Counted from the whole stretch's first letter, positions 1 through 13,239 are shown. The stretch: DNA of 62,253 nt, filler included, from Choristocarpus tenellus KU-1152 (GCA_964200185.2; 10 parts of 10 records of this genome joined end to end with filler, not necessarily neighbours in it), one strand, 5' to 3'. Numbers and translations: made by a program. Notes: generated by a model from the letters alone, not told the origin.

Positions 1-699
1 AGCAGATGCGGCGGCGGAGTCAACGAGGGAAGCCGGGGGAAAAAGGAGAGCGTGGGGGGGGGGGGGCTGGACTGGAGGAGTCACATGAAAAAAAAAAGTA
101 GAGAAAGTGACATCCAGTCCACTCCCAGAAAAAAAAGAGAATCTTTCGAAAGGAGAGACCATACATCATACCCAGTAGGTCCATGCTAGAAACAATGAAA
201 AGCAGATGAATAAAAATAAAACTGCCGAGTGAATGAAAACCGAACTCCGTCTTCATGTGGGATAGTGTTGTTCGACGCTCCGTACCCTCACACTTCACAC
301 CACCATGCCTCACATCACATCACATCACATCACATCACACCACACACATCATGATACAAATTGAAGTGGTAGAATGCCATACTTTAGAATATTCTGTTCC
401 CATAGAAATGCAGAACTCACACCAGTGTGGTCTACCCCTGTCTAGTGTTGATTGTTTCATACAATGCGCTCCAGAGAAGGAAGTAAGGTGCTTACAAATT
501 GTTCTGTTTTCACCATTATTCTAACAGTCCCGAGTTGCCAGGGCAACTCATAAAGTGCCTTGAGACCCAGAAATCCCTATGCGAGCCTCCCCAGGTAATG
601 TCTCTTCAGCAGGCACTAAAAACACCCTATAAGATTTCTTCCACAAACACACACACACACACACACACAATGATTGGGTTGCTATGCACTGTCTTTTAC

Positions 700-2077
700 T
701 GAGCGGTCTACATTCCACAACAACGTCACCATGGAAAATGCAACTCTCAAAAACTCAAAACAGTCTAGAAATCCACTTCAAAAGTCTCAGGGATGTATGC
801 TGTTGGGATGGACAGCCCTCTCCAACCCTAAAGACATGTTGCACAAAAACATAACCCAAATGTTGGAGAGCTAGGCACTGCCATTTACTACCCCTCCAAA
901 AAAGCCTGGTCAGATATAAAAATGATCTACAAAACACCATACCGCATTGGACAGAAGACCTGAATTAAGATCCATGCCCAGGCCTCCCTAGTCCACACCC
1001 TTTGAACAGACACTCAAGCACGTTCCAGAAGAACCCCTAACCATGGTAGAGCGCCTTCCAGTGTTTGATCCTCACATCACAGTGGTCAGTTCACCTCCAA
1101 CAGGACAACCTACACAATAACACAAGCCCTTATACAGAACACTTCTGCACAACACACTTCCTCTTTCCAAATATCGCAATCACTAGGATTAGGGTCTGGG
1201 CTATCACTGGACAAGCTGCTGCTCCTGTCCTCCGCCAGCAACGTAATTTATCTCTGTCCTGACTCCCTTAGGCTTCCCCACAATCAACATAACGTCAGGC
1301 GTCCCAGACCTCCCCCACATCGACATCCAACCCCCTCCATGTTGATACCGACTCATCAAAGGTCAGCTCCCAGGACGGGCACAGCACAGCATGTTGACTT
1401 CGACTCCACCAATCCAGAAAAGGATTCCGCCTCTACCCACCTTCCTTGATCCACCACGGCATCTCCCCCACCTTTCCCATCCTCTCATCCGCAAGTAGCC
1501 AACAAAAATACCAAGAGGATACGTAAGCCTTTAAGATTTAGAGGTCGACAGAGACGCGCTGTCCAAAAGCAGTTCCCATCTTCCCGCCTTGCACAACCCT
1601 CCCTTCTGCCCTATACCTTTACCATGCTCTGCTCACCCTCTCAACCACCACCGTGGCTAACAGACCACCCACCACACGCCAGATGTAAGTGGGACACACT
1701 CTATGTCTATCGTACTACCTTACCGCATCCAACCGTTTGTGGCGTCTACAATCACCTTGATGTGGTCCTGCAGTAAAAGCAAGTTGAAGAAGTCAAACAG
1801 GCTACACATTTTTACCTCACAAACACCGCTGCAACCACATCGAGTTCACAGGTCACTTGTCAGCTGTTCCTAGGTCTTACAGTAACCGCACCAACATGTA
1901 TGTACCCCCAAATGTTGACTGTTCTTGTTCCTCATCCCTATCACCTGTTGCCTCAAACCCTGAGACAGCTCCTCCAAAGCCATCCTCGTTGATGCCACCC
2001 TCTCCGTAATCCCCATCATCATCAGAATGTTTCTCTCTCTTATCCTCAAAATCTCCCTCCAAGACGTACGCCATCAT
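700..2077 (-). mobile_element. Degenerate piggyBac-like (DDE_Tnp_1_7) transposase remnant
   Basis: Minus-strand fragments in the expected order, with stops and frameshifts: acidic N-terminus (1877-2077), FGQRVSVDL*ILKAY (~1520-1570), PSWELTFDESVSTWRG (~1330-1385), GTPDVMLIVGKPKGVRTEI (~1245-1305) and VDHF (~920-935). These resemble piggyBac DES..WRG, RKPKG.G and VD..N motifs. Confidence 0.55.
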
Positions 2078-3508
2078 CCCTGTCCTTGCACGAATTCACC
2101 CCCCTCCGCTGAATTCTTCAAATCTTCAACTGGCACAACCGTCATCCATCTTAACACCATGTCCTTGAGGGGGGGGGTCACACCTTCCACAGTGAACTAC
2201 ACGACTTGCGACAATCAAGCGCCTGCTCCCTACTCAAGGGTCTCACCTACTCAAGGGTCTCACCGATGACTACTCCACACCATGTCTTCACCTTTGAGAC
2301 CTTAGTGACCTCACACAGGCTGAGTTCTACCCTCCATACCCTGATGGCCAACCCAATGCAGTTTTCTGCCGCTCAAGCTCGTTTCAAAGGGAATGAATTT
2401 CCCAGAATAGACTTTGTGCTTGCGAACTAGAGACAAGGGAAAAGGTGTCTGACCTGGAGAGTATAGATTACATCACCCTAGCGACTCCGTCCAAGTCCTT
2501 GAAAAAAGAGTCGCCAGGAGAACGAACTACTTCAAGAAAAATACAAAAAAAAACAATCAAAGCACGTGCGAAACGTACGTACAGCCGTGCGTTTTTTTTT
2601 TTTACTTGTCTAAATATATGCCAAAAAAAAAAACTCAATTCCAATCAATTCCAATCAATTCTGACTACTCTACTCTTTGTTGCAATCATCAACCAAAGCA
2701 ATAATAAAACAATACAATCGATACAATCCCATAAACATCATTTGCCCGAAAATAACCAAAGAACTTCCTCGACTTATCATTTCAACTCAAATAAAACACA
2801 ACTCCAAACAATGACACGCACCTCTACCGGACTGGACCATGCTGCACACCCTCTACAGTACACACTGAATACCTCAACCAGAGAACTACACATGGAGCGG
2901 AGGTCTACGGGGGCTACACCGCTACAAAACTTTCAAAATCGTGGTGCAGGTGTCTGGAATTAACTTTCTTTGCACTGTTTTGAAAGGCAGTGTCTCAGCA
3001 TTCTTCCAATAGTTGGGGAAAAAAAGGGTCCTCCAAAAAGTCAAACATTCTGCGATGTCGCCTCCTCGACACGAGCACGCTGCGCCTTCCAATGAGTCCA
3101 AACTATTCAGACGAACAGTTTGCAAACAAAAATAAACAAAAAAAAAAACTTTCATTTTCACGGCCCTCAGCTGTGACAACCGAACTGCTACGGCCTCTTG
3201 TTCAAAGAGACTCTTTGAAAAAAGCACAGTAACAAGAAACCCCACTTCCCAAAAAAAAAACGCACCATGATCCCTTGCAGTGACAGTTGTACCCCCCTCT
3301 TATTAATGAGACGGTATCCCAAAATTTGTCTTTTTTTTTGTAACAGGAACAATATTGAAAAAAAAAAAATGTTGTACTGCACAACTGCTGCTTCTTGGAA
3401 GGAGATTGAGTACCTCCTTGCCTCTTTTGCAGAGCAGAGGACTTCACTGGATCCCCTCCCCCCCTTCCGCCTCCCCCTGCCCCACCCCATTTTCACACTA
3501 GGAGAAGT

Positions 3509-3607
3509 NNNNNNNNNNNNNNNNNNNNNNNNNNNNNNNNNNNNNNNNNNNNTTAATTAATTAANNNNNNNNNNNNNNNNNNNNNNNNNNNNNNNNNNNN
3601 NNNNNNN
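3509..3607. other. Artificial contig linker (N-TTAATTAATTAA-N)
   Basis: The same ~100-bp spacer with six-frame stops also occurs at 9578, 13711, 19471, 27929, 32690, 44267, 48857 and 59438. Confidence 0.97.
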
Positions 3608-3790
3608 NTTTTTTTTCCTTAGTACCCCATCCATCGTGGCAACCATGTTATGCTCTCTTTATTCCCCCCCCCCCCCTCCCCCCCACTATCACCTTGAATG
3701 TGTGTCTGGAGCCTTTTTGCATGTATCTAGCTTGTACACTGCTAAGATAAACTGAGTTTCCCCCCTACTTTATGATGGTGCAAACTATAG

Positions 3791-6700
3791 GCTATGCAGT
3801 CAATTGTACTGCTGTCAAGTGTTCGACGTTCATTGTTTGCCAAGGAGCCAGACAGAGGGGCTTACCTGCAGCAGCTCATGACATTCATACGTGAGATTCT
3901 TGCATCCAACCACGGGCTGCATCACCAGGAGAACTATCATCAGTTCTGCCGACAGCTGGGACGACTCAAGGCCAACTACCAGGTATGTGTGTGTGTGTAA
4001 GAGGGTGTGTGTGTTGGTCTAGGTTGAAGTGAAGTTGAAGGCGGATTGTTAATGTGTCTGTAGTGTACTGCAGGTATGATACAGAGAGGGATGTAATGTT
4101 CTGTGAATTCTGTCTCTTGCCTCTCTCATGTGCACTGGACCTGTGCTTGCTATCTTTTGTGTGTTTTGATGTATTGCTTGCCCTTTTTTAGGCCTTGGTT
4201 TGCATGGTTTAGTAAGCCGTTTATTGGAGCTCAAGAGGAGACAGAAATGTGGTCGCATTGATTTATTTAGGAAGGATAAGATTGTTTTGCCTGAAGAAAA
4301 TTGAAGTGTTACAAAATGCAACTGTGGTTCACGCCAATCTTAATATCTGCTGCAGATTTGGTATGGATCAGAAAGCACTTGGTTACCCATTACTTCCTCT
4401 CTCAATGTCATGTTTACGGTCTCAGCAATTGAGATTTTCAGAATAGGAACAGTTTTTGTTTTTGTTGATTAGATGGTCCCAGAGGACAAATTTGAGATTG
4501 AAAGCGGTTGATGATTGTCCTGCCAGGCCTCACTGGAATCAGAGGCAATGCAGTAATTGTTTGAATGGTTTATATGCAATGGGTCGCCTCAGTCCATCTC
4601 GTGCAATACCAATTTTATGTAATAAGAAAAAGAATCAGCTTGCAGCGTGAATGTTTTGATATTCTAGTCTCCACGGACACCCCAATGATGATAGTAGTAT
4701 TACTACTTCAACTGTGACAGAAGTTGAACACTGTTGGTTCGTGTTTTTTTTTACTCTGGTGTAAGAGGGGTGAGATGGTTGGTTGACTGTGTTATGGATA
4801 AGAGTACCAGAACAGTTGCTCTGAGTACAAGAACAATGCCAGCATGGCGATGACCCCCACGATGAGATGCCCCCTTCCACGCAGACCCTTGTACCCCCCC
4901 TCCCCTTTTGTACTTGAACTCGTGTGGCTGTTGTGGGATTGTGTTGAAGCTATCGGAGCTGGTGCGTGTGGATGGGTATCTGGAGTGGGTGGGGCTGGCA
5001 GCCGATTTCACAGTTCGGTCTTTTGAGGAGTGGCAATGGAGCACCAACAGCATTCATTATCTGCTGGCCTTGTGGGGGAGGCTGGTTGCTGCGGTGCCCT
5101 ATGTGAGGGTAGATTCGGGGGCTAAGAGCCATACCGAAACATTGCAGGTGTGTTAGGGTTAGGGATGTAGGGACGCATTTGTTTGTGGGGGAGGGGAGTC
5201 TTGGGATGGTGGACGTGTTGTTGTAGGATTGGAGGCAAAGGGAAAGGAGGGTTGATGTGCTGAGAGAGATGAAGGCCGTGGAGTGGAGAGGAGTGTAAGT
5301 GAAGTTCTTTTTGTGATGTGGGTGTTGTGCTGTTGAAAAAGAATTGTAATTGTGTTTTGTGTGTAGTGGTTTCCCATTGCTATTGGCGTTGTGTTGTGTT
5401 TTTATTTTTAATGTCTGCCTTGGGTATAGGTGAGACCATCCCCACCCTGAACCAGTGTCAAGTCGGGTGCTTGCTGTACTGATTGTTGAAAAGGTTGTGG
5501 TTATTGGTGAGGTTGGGATTGGACTAGTGGATTGGGTTATGAAGGTTGGGGAGGATTGGGTGTTGGTGTATATAAAGTTGACTTTTTTTTCTTGAGTTTT
5601 GGAACAATTTCCTCTTTTGGAAAAAAATAAAATTTAAGTTGAAAAAAAAAACTTGAACAAAATCAGGTCTTCTGTGTGGAAGCATCTGTTAGTACTTTTT
5701 AAACTGGATCAAAGGTGAAAAAAATTGCAAGAGAAACCTTTTTTTTTAATCACTTGGAAGTGTTACATCGGAGTCGATTCCTCAAATTTGAGGCTGAAAT
5801 GTGACAGGTGTTTACTTCCTCGCATTCTGGTGAAGAGGCTGCTTGTATTTGTGTTCTGATTGGTCTATTTAATGCAGTGTTTTTATATTCAAGGAAAGGG
5901 ACTTACGAAACGCAGTGGAAGAACTACTACCATTCCTGTCAGTGGTATGTATTGGAGATACTGTGCAATATGCAATACTTGTATTCATATGAAGCACCAT
6001 TTAGGGTATCATATTCAGGAGTCAACTTTTTTCAGTTTTCAGGCGGGTTTTGTATAAATACGATTGGCAGTGCACGAGCATGAAAACTGGAAGGAAGTAT
6101 TTTCAAGATTGTTCCTTTTTGGTGCATACGCCACCTTGTTTTTTTCAATTGTATCGGTGTTTCAAAGAAAAGTGACAGTTGGTTCTTATCTTTCCATTGA
6201 ACATGGTCAGGCTTGTTGAAGGTCTAATTTGCTCTCCATGGTTGGAGGTTTGGTTTTGTAAGAACTTTGTTGTACGGAAACTGAAAAAAGGGAATGACCT
6301 CGATCTCGATTGGGATTTTCTTGACACTTGACACTCTTGTTGAGGAATTCAAGTGAGAGCTTGAAGAGGTAACATGCCAATTTGATTCTGTGATGGAAGG
6401 CGTCCACAAAGGTTGGCAAGGGTTAGGGTTAAGATCGCAGGACAGAGGTGTGGTAATGACGATGATGGGGGGAGGGGGAGGAAGGGGGTATTCAATCGGA
6501 ATGTAGTGTAGTGCAGAGTTGTGCGTCAACATTGATGAGGTGAAGTACCTGGTAGAATTGGCATATGGCGATGGGGACATTAAAAAATAGTGTTGGCATA
6601 GAGCTTGAGACACTGGGACAGTATGGAGGCATTCACCTGTAGGGTCCCGCAGTGTTCGTTTGTGTCTTTTTGAATTTCTGGTTTAGTGCATTTGAATTTT

Positions 6701-9408
6701 TTTATTGATGCAGCGGATCTGTTGTCGAAAAATTACTAGGGTTAGGGTGGAGGCCCTGAGGAGGGCAAGGGTTGTTAGTATGGGACTTCTTGTCTTGATG
6801 ACTATGCTGTTTTGTGATCTTGGTTGTTTAGTGTCCTTCCTTGGTGAAGGGTTTGAGGGTTTTAGTGTATTGTTGAATTCTTGTGTGCGCTTGTGTATTC
6901 TATTTTTCGCTGCTGTTGTATGTGTATATTATTGCTCTTATTATTATTATTATTATTATTATGACTAAAATTATTATCATTACTATTATTATTGTTACAG
7001 TTTTAATTTTGAGTTGAGCAACTCTGCACTGATTGTATAGTATAGTAATTTACAATAACCGCCTGCACATTCTGAACATTACCTGTTTTGGTTCTTCTTC
7101 TTATTATTATTATACTATACATTCTGAACATTACCTGTTTTGGTTATTATTATTATTATTATTATACTATACATTCTGAACATTGCCTGTTTTGGTTCTT
7201 CAGGACTGTGTTGTGCGTGTGGTTCAGGCATACATCACTAGTATGGTGGGGTCGGTGGAGACCGTGATCATGGGGGAGGGTTCTGTGGATGACCCATTGG
7301 AAGATGGTGAGATACGTCACGTGGGGGGAGGGGAAGGGAGTGGAGGGTTGGTGATATTTATTTCATTTCAATTTCTATAACTTGAGGTTAAGGGGGGTGA
7401 AATTGATTGCACTCTGTGTGTGGGAAATTTAGATGCATTGTAGCTAGTTTGAAGTGCTATATTTGAGAACAGTTGTCGTCGTCGTCGTCGTCGTCGTCCC
7501 CTCCCCCACATACATGACATTTTTTGGATGATAATATGAATATAAAAAGCAAGGTTTGTATAGCAAGTGTGTAAAATTTGTTGTGATTTTGTGGGTTTGC
7601 TTTTCCAGGAAGACACCCAAATAGTACACTTTTTTTTCTTTCTATTTTTTGGTTTGGTTTGTAGTAGACTGGTCCTTGATTGGTTGATCTGGTTGATTGC
7701 AGAGGGAGGAGACTCCCAGTCCTTGCGTATTCTGGGGTTTCTTGATGGATGAATGAGCATTTGGGGTTGGCTTCCCTTTTTTTTATGTTTCACACTCCTT
7801 GATGTTTTATTGTATTGACATTAATATTGATGATAGTATTACCCTTGATGTTTTATTGTATTGACAATAATATTGATGATAGTATTATCCTTGATGTTTT
7901 ATTGATGATAATATTGATAATAGTATTGGCATACAGCGGCATCACAGCGGAACACAAGGATATTATTACTAGTTTTTTTTTATATACCACTTCAAGTTCT
8001 CACCAACTCAATGCCTATTGCACTATTGCACTAAAAGAGGTGCTTGTACGGTTTAGTTAACTCTTTTTTTCTTTGTATCTGTTAGAGGAGATTACTATGG
8101 TGGATCAGTTCTCTCGATTGTTTTGTTGTCAGAAATTGTTAGATAAAACTTTGGTTTTATTAAGTGAGACATATTGCAATCGATACTCTCTCTTTGCAAT
8201 GACTCTGGAATTGTGTTGAGGTGAACAGATCTGCACTCTAGACACTGATGGTGTGCTGTACCAAACATACGATGCATGCACTTTTGATGTTGTTCCCCTC
8301 CCTCACCCCCTCCCCAACTGACACTTTTTGGCGTACTTCATCATGTAGAGGGATCGTTGAAGGAGCAATTGGACAGGTTGCCTGTGATCTGCCGGTTCCA
8401 GTATCAACACGTGGCACACTTCATCCTCAACATCTTTGATCCGGTTTTGCAGCAATATCAGGAGGCGTTGGCGGCCTTTACGCAAGGGAACGGGGCGGTG
8501 AGAGTGGCTCTTAGGCTAACTATTAATAGGAATGCTCATGCATTGCTCGGGGTTAACATTCTTTTCTCACAGGGCTGTGGCCTGTCTGTGTGTGGAGATT
8601 GTTTTGAGTAGATTGTGATGTTGCACTTGTGTAGGTCCTTGTATCGCCTGCTTCTCTCCTCTCCTCTCCTCTCCTCTCCTCTCAAGTCTTACTATTTCAG
8701 TAACGTGTATTGGTTGTGACTATTTGGGGAGTTTGATAGGGTGGGTGGAAGGGGTCAGTTGAAGCAAGACTTTTTGCATTGTTAATTGTTGGATAGTTAT
8801 AGTTAGTAGTTTGGATAATGGTGAGTGAGGGCTTGGCTGCTGTCTCCTGTCTTTTCCCTGGCTCTTTCCCTCCAACGCCTGTACCCTTAGTCCTTTCTAC
8901 TGGGGTGGTGTTGTTGACATGTTTTGTGTTCATGTGTTTGTTTTTTTTATTCCTTGACAGTTTCACTTCAGCGGTTACTGTTGTACCATCTCAAGGTTCT
9001 GTTTAATGTATGCACAACTCCAATGCCCGTTGAGAGACTCGAGTGAAATCCTTGTCGTTTTCTCATTGGCCCAATAAGAAAAACAACATAATGTGTAAAT
9101 AAATATATTTCATTTTCACACACTCAGATGTTGCACAATTTATTTTTGTAATTTAAAAAAATATTAAAAAAAAAAAATGTGCGCTGCACATTAAAAAAAA
9201 ATGCTTTTTTGTATTTCTTTGAAAAGGCACAGCCACAGATGCTGCTACTGGAGGGGAAGTTGACATGGTTAGTGTACACTGTGGCGGCCATCATCTCGGG
9301 ATATAGCTGGAGTGATGCCTCGGCAACAGATGGGGAGGAGACGATAGATGCTAGTCTGGCCAGGAGGGTGTTCCAGCTTGCGCAGGGACTGGACCAGAGG
9401 CTCTCTAG
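3791..9408 (+). CDS. XPO7: Exportin-7 / RanBP16-17 family, partial (5 internal exons)
   Basis: Phase-compatible GT-AG exons at 3791-3982, 4950-5147, 7204-7306, 8349-8497 and 9227-9408. They encode SVRRSLF...ENYHQFCRQLGRLKANYQLSELV...WQWSTNSIHYLLALWGRLV...DPLED...EQLDRLPVICRFQY...EGKLTWLVY, typical of exportin-7. Confidence 0.93.
7067..7203 (+). repeat. 52-bp period tandem triplication ending at an XPO7 splice acceptor
   Basis: ACATTCTGAACATT(A/G)CCTGTTTT starts at 7067, 7119 and 7171, separated by TTA/TTC microsatellite. Confidence 0.9.
7797..7928. repeat. About 46-bp AT-rich tandem repeat, 3 degenerate copies
   Basis: Repeated CCTTGATGTTTTATTG...AATATTGATGATAGTATT. Confidence 0.8.
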
Positions 9409-9515
9409 GTGACTCTTTGAGGGGGGGGGATACAAGCTATCTTGTTCGAAGTGTAGTTTTTAAACTATTGGTGCTTGTTTGTGTTACTGAAATAGATAGT
9501 GTACTCTACGCTCAT

Positions 9516-9577
9516 TTCAAGTATCAGGGAGGGGGGGGGGGGGGGCTACATCAGGGTGGCCATATCCAGGAAAAGGG
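9516..9577. mobile_element. Poly-G MITE (family C) end, truncated at contig break
   Basis: AAGTATCAGGGAG(G)nCTACATCAGGGTGGCCATAT matches AAGTATCTG(G)nTCTACACCAGAGTGTCCATAT at 19276. Confidence 0.6.
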
Positions 9578-10637
9578 NNNNNNNNNNNNNNNNNNNNNNN
9601 NNNNNNNNNNNNNNNNNNNNNTTAATTAATTAANNNNNNNNNNNNNNNNNNNNNNNNNNNNNNNNNNNNNNNNNNNNGTTTTCGCAAAACAACCATCCTC
9701 ATAGTCCCGCGCCTTCCTCAATTTTGAGGATCCCCTGTTATATACTTTAAATGGTTCAATGTCCAAATTATTGTGCTATGGTTGACGAGGTCGGACTCGT
9801 ATCTAAGGGAATTTCAGTCCAGTGGAATACAGACCAGGAGGATTGGGGAGGTACATCTCCTCTTACACCTTACTGTCTTGTTGTGCTGAACCATTTAAAG
9901 GGCTTGCGTAAAGATTTTGTTTCGTGGTAGAAGAGAAGATTCGTTACTAAGGAAGGAATACACATCAGATTCGATTCGAGCGAGGAGTTGGAACGATGAT
10001 GGGGGGACAGTTGAACCCAACACCCCAGAAGAAATTGAGGTATGTACGGGGCATTGCAATTTGTTGTGGTGCACCAGCTAGTTCGTAGGGCAGAAGAAAT
10101 AGTGCAGTGCACTACCATCTGCCCCTTGGCAAGGGGCTAGGTAAGGTGGAGTTAGGGGAGAATAATATCCAGAACAAAAGTGCTCAAATATTCAATTCCT
10201 AGCTAGGCAATATGATCCCAAACTTGTTATCAGTGAAATATTGTAACATTTAATATTGTTATCATCACAACATCAATCAGTCTGTGGGATCCCAGACCCT
10301 TGGTCGAAGAGAAGGCAATACAAACTGCTTGAGAAAAGGCAACAAGCACCATATAAGAAAAAAAACAAATGGAAGAAAAATAATTGATGAGAAATGGAAA
10401 GGGAAGAATAGAACCCGAATGCAGGAGAAGACATTATCGCACAAGAAACATAATAAGTGAAAAAGAGTCAAGAAAGTGAGGGAAGGATCCAAGAACATAT
10501 ATCCACAAAGAAAACATTCAGCATTCAGTGAGGCCTTGGGTACTTTGGTGTTACCTGTATTAGCTATTACACCTTCCATGCAATGCCATGAGGGCATGAA
10601 CCTCGTTACAATATCAGTCGCAAACACAGAAAACTTT

Positions 10638-10944
10638 GGAGAGTGTTAGCCGTAACACTTACGTTATCTCGAAACACAATGTTATATCATTACATTTTCT
10701 GTTATGGTATTTTTTGTATTACGTTGACATGACAACATCTGTTAAGTATGTTTTGGAGCACAGTGTTACGAGGATTGAACAGTGTTGCATTTTGTTTGGT
10801 TTATAGTGTTACAAGTTCAATATCTCTTGGACTGGAGTGTTGAGGGCACAGAATATATACTATATATAATGCTAATGTTTTTGTTGTGAGCATCGTAACT
10901 CTAAGTACAGAATAGTGTTGAGTGTTACGTTGTCGACGCTCTCC
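10638..10944. mobile_element. MITE-like element (~307 bp) just upstream of Twinkle
   Basis: Imperfect TIRs GGAGAGTGTTAGCCGTAACACTTA and TGAGTGTTACGTTGTCGACGCTCTCC, with several internal AGTGTTA(C) copies. Confidence 0.55.
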
Positions 10945-11036
10945 ATTTGTTTTTAAAATATCCACCACAAAACTAGTGGCCTCGTCACCTACTACCCAAG
11001 CCATTGCGTTTAATTGAGGGTCGGAGAGTGAGGGTC

Positions 11037-12893
11037 ATGCAAGCTAGATTCAGGATCCTTCTGGCAGGTCGGGGACTTCTCAGATCGTGGCGAGGTCACG
11101 GGACGGAGGGATGTAATTGCCATAAGGTGCCTTCGATACCATTACGCCTAAGCAGCACCTTCGTCTCAAGACACCACGTTCTGCCTGCCACAGACGTCAC
11201 ACAGTTCCTCGACCAACGTGGACTGAACTATCGGATATCTAGAAGGGAAGTGAACGTTAAGGAATGCCCTTTCTGCCACGATACAGGGGGGAAATTGGAC
11301 AACATGTGGAAGCTCTATATTGGACTGGATAAAGGGTGAGCAAGAAGGGTGAAGCTTGTGCCTGGTCTCACAGTGTCACATATGCGATACAGTAGTGTAT
11401 TTTCAATAACACAATTTGAAGGTCGGGATGACTCCATGCAGTAGTTTGGCATTTTCGTTGGCGTTGCAGTTTGTTCATGTTTGAAGTTGATCGTTTTTGG
11501 CGTCAAAGATAAATATGACAATCATCGCACCTATTCCCTTCATATGTTGCTACCTTTGCGTGACTTCGTGTAGGGGGGCCTGGATTTGTCACCGTTGTGC
11601 TTCATCTGGCTCTTGGTATGATCTAAAGCGCAGTGCTTTGGCCGGGAGTGGGAGTGGGCACATCCCAAATACGGAAAGCTTGCCCGCCGCTCCCGTTCCA
11701 AAAGCAGGTAATTGGGGAAGCAATGGTAACATCGAGCAGAGTGACAAAACCCTTCCAGATCAAGATCGTGTACATTCCTTTCCCACCAACCTCATGCACA
11801 ACCCTCGGTATCGGCACGTGAAGGAGTACTTGACTGGGCGGGGGCACAAGCAGAGAGGCCTGCTTCCTGAGGTCCTCATCAAGTATGGTGTGGGCTCTGC
11901 GTCATACATGTGAGCACCATATGTTGTTTTACCTACAGAATCCATGTAGCTCACAGTATCGGCAACGAAAATGGCAGAAGTTTCCCTCAGCCCTTCTCTC
12001 AACCCCTTCCCACTTACCCCTTTTCGGTGCGTCTGACCTTTGATGCAAAACCCCTTGTCCAAGTCGTATCGCAGTCGTACATCAACCCTTGACCGTGCGT
12101 CAATTTCTAGGACTAGTATTCTACCAGTGAGAAATGTTCCTGATCAATCTTGATATGATTGAGGTGAACTAGTTCGATGTTTGCTGTTTATTTCCTCTGG
12201 CCCCTAGCCGGCAACAAAAATAAAATTGCCTAGAAGCGTGTTGTCTCCTTAAAATACACCAGGGCGTGAACCTTCAAAATGTATCCAAATCCAAATCTTG
12301 GTGAAGAACTACAGGAATCATATTACTGATCATTGAGTACTTCTTTGGTGAGTGCTTTTCATCGCTGTAACTGTCTTTTAACTTCAAGAATCATATTTCT
12401 ATTTCATACTGTTGGGTAGTACGTTACTTTCGTACCCTCATATTTGAATGAACATACCCTGGAATATCATTGAGGGTTGAACAAGTCCCACAGGGGCACA
12501 GAGGCCCTCTCTCCACTCCCAACCCCATCACTGCAATTAGAGTGTCTTCTTGAAGGCATGAAAAACTCATGTAGCAGTGTGGTGATTGTGTGCATCCAAT
12601 ATTTGCATTGCTGAGCCAAGCAAATTCGCGAAGAAGTTGCATACTCCCTACCCTCGCCCATCTCTCTCATCCGTTGGCTTTTTGTGCAGGTTCCCAGGGG
12701 AAGAGGGTTATGTGGAAGCGGAGTCTATCACATTCCCTTGGGTAGTCCGAAGGACAGACCTTTCTGAGGAGGAGGCCGATAGCCTCGATATTGATCCTTC
12801 AGATTCTGCCCAGAAGAGGGGAAGGACATTGGCCGGGGCAGGGGCAAGGGTTGATGTGGGGTTGAAGAAGGAGAGGGCATTACTTCGAAGAAC
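11037..12893 (+). CDS. TWNK: Organellar Twinkle primase-helicase, 5' part (3 exons)
   Basis: Exons 11037-11335, 11574-11909 and 12690-12893 splice in frame. They encode an Arg-rich presequence, then ECPFCH...DNMWKLYI...GAWICHRCASSGSW (zinc-binding domain), EYLTGR...RGLLPEVLIKYGVG and ITFPW. Confidence 0.85.
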
Positions 12894-13031
12894 GTGAGTC
12901 GTATGTAATGTTGTTCCAAATTGGCAAAATATGAACCAGCTTAGTCCAACCAACTTTTAAGCTCTCTGGTTCAACCCCCAAGAACATCTGAGCAAACTTG
13001 GACAGTCAAACCGACCTCTCCCTTTTGTAAG

Positions 13032-13239
13032 GCACAAGGAAAAGTGAGAATAGCACTTGATAGTGACCCTAAGAACGGAGTTTTGATTCTAGATGTGAAG
13101 CACAAGGAAAAGTGAGAATAGCACTTGATAGTGACCCTAAGAACGGAGTTTTGATTCTAGATGTGAAGCACAAGGAAAAGCGAGAATAGCACTTGATAGT
13201 GACCCTAAGAACGGAGTTTTGATTCTAGATGTGAAGCAC
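13032..13239. repeat. 68-bp tandem repeat, 3 nearly identical copies
   Basis: GCACAAGGAAAAGTGAGAATAGCACTTGATAGTGACCCTAAGAACGGAGTTTTGATTCTAGATGTGAA starts at 13032, 13100 and 13168; one T>C change in copy 3; no spacers. Confidence 0.95.

Noticed and set aside
1290-1320. GGLG motif suggesting a LINE reverse transcriptase
   Set aside because: Neighbouring frames fit piggyBac DES..WRG/KPKG motifs better.
2445-3560. ORFs of 80-172 aa
   Set aside because: Low-complexity A/C-rich translations with no recognisable motifs or splice structure.
3553-3564. TTAATTAATTAA as a biological motif or piggyBac target
   Set aside because: Identical at nine sites and always inside N runs, so it is an assembly linker.
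13032-13239. Possible CRISPR array
   Set aside because: Contiguous 68-bp units with no unique spacers, no cas genes, and a eukaryotic intronic context.
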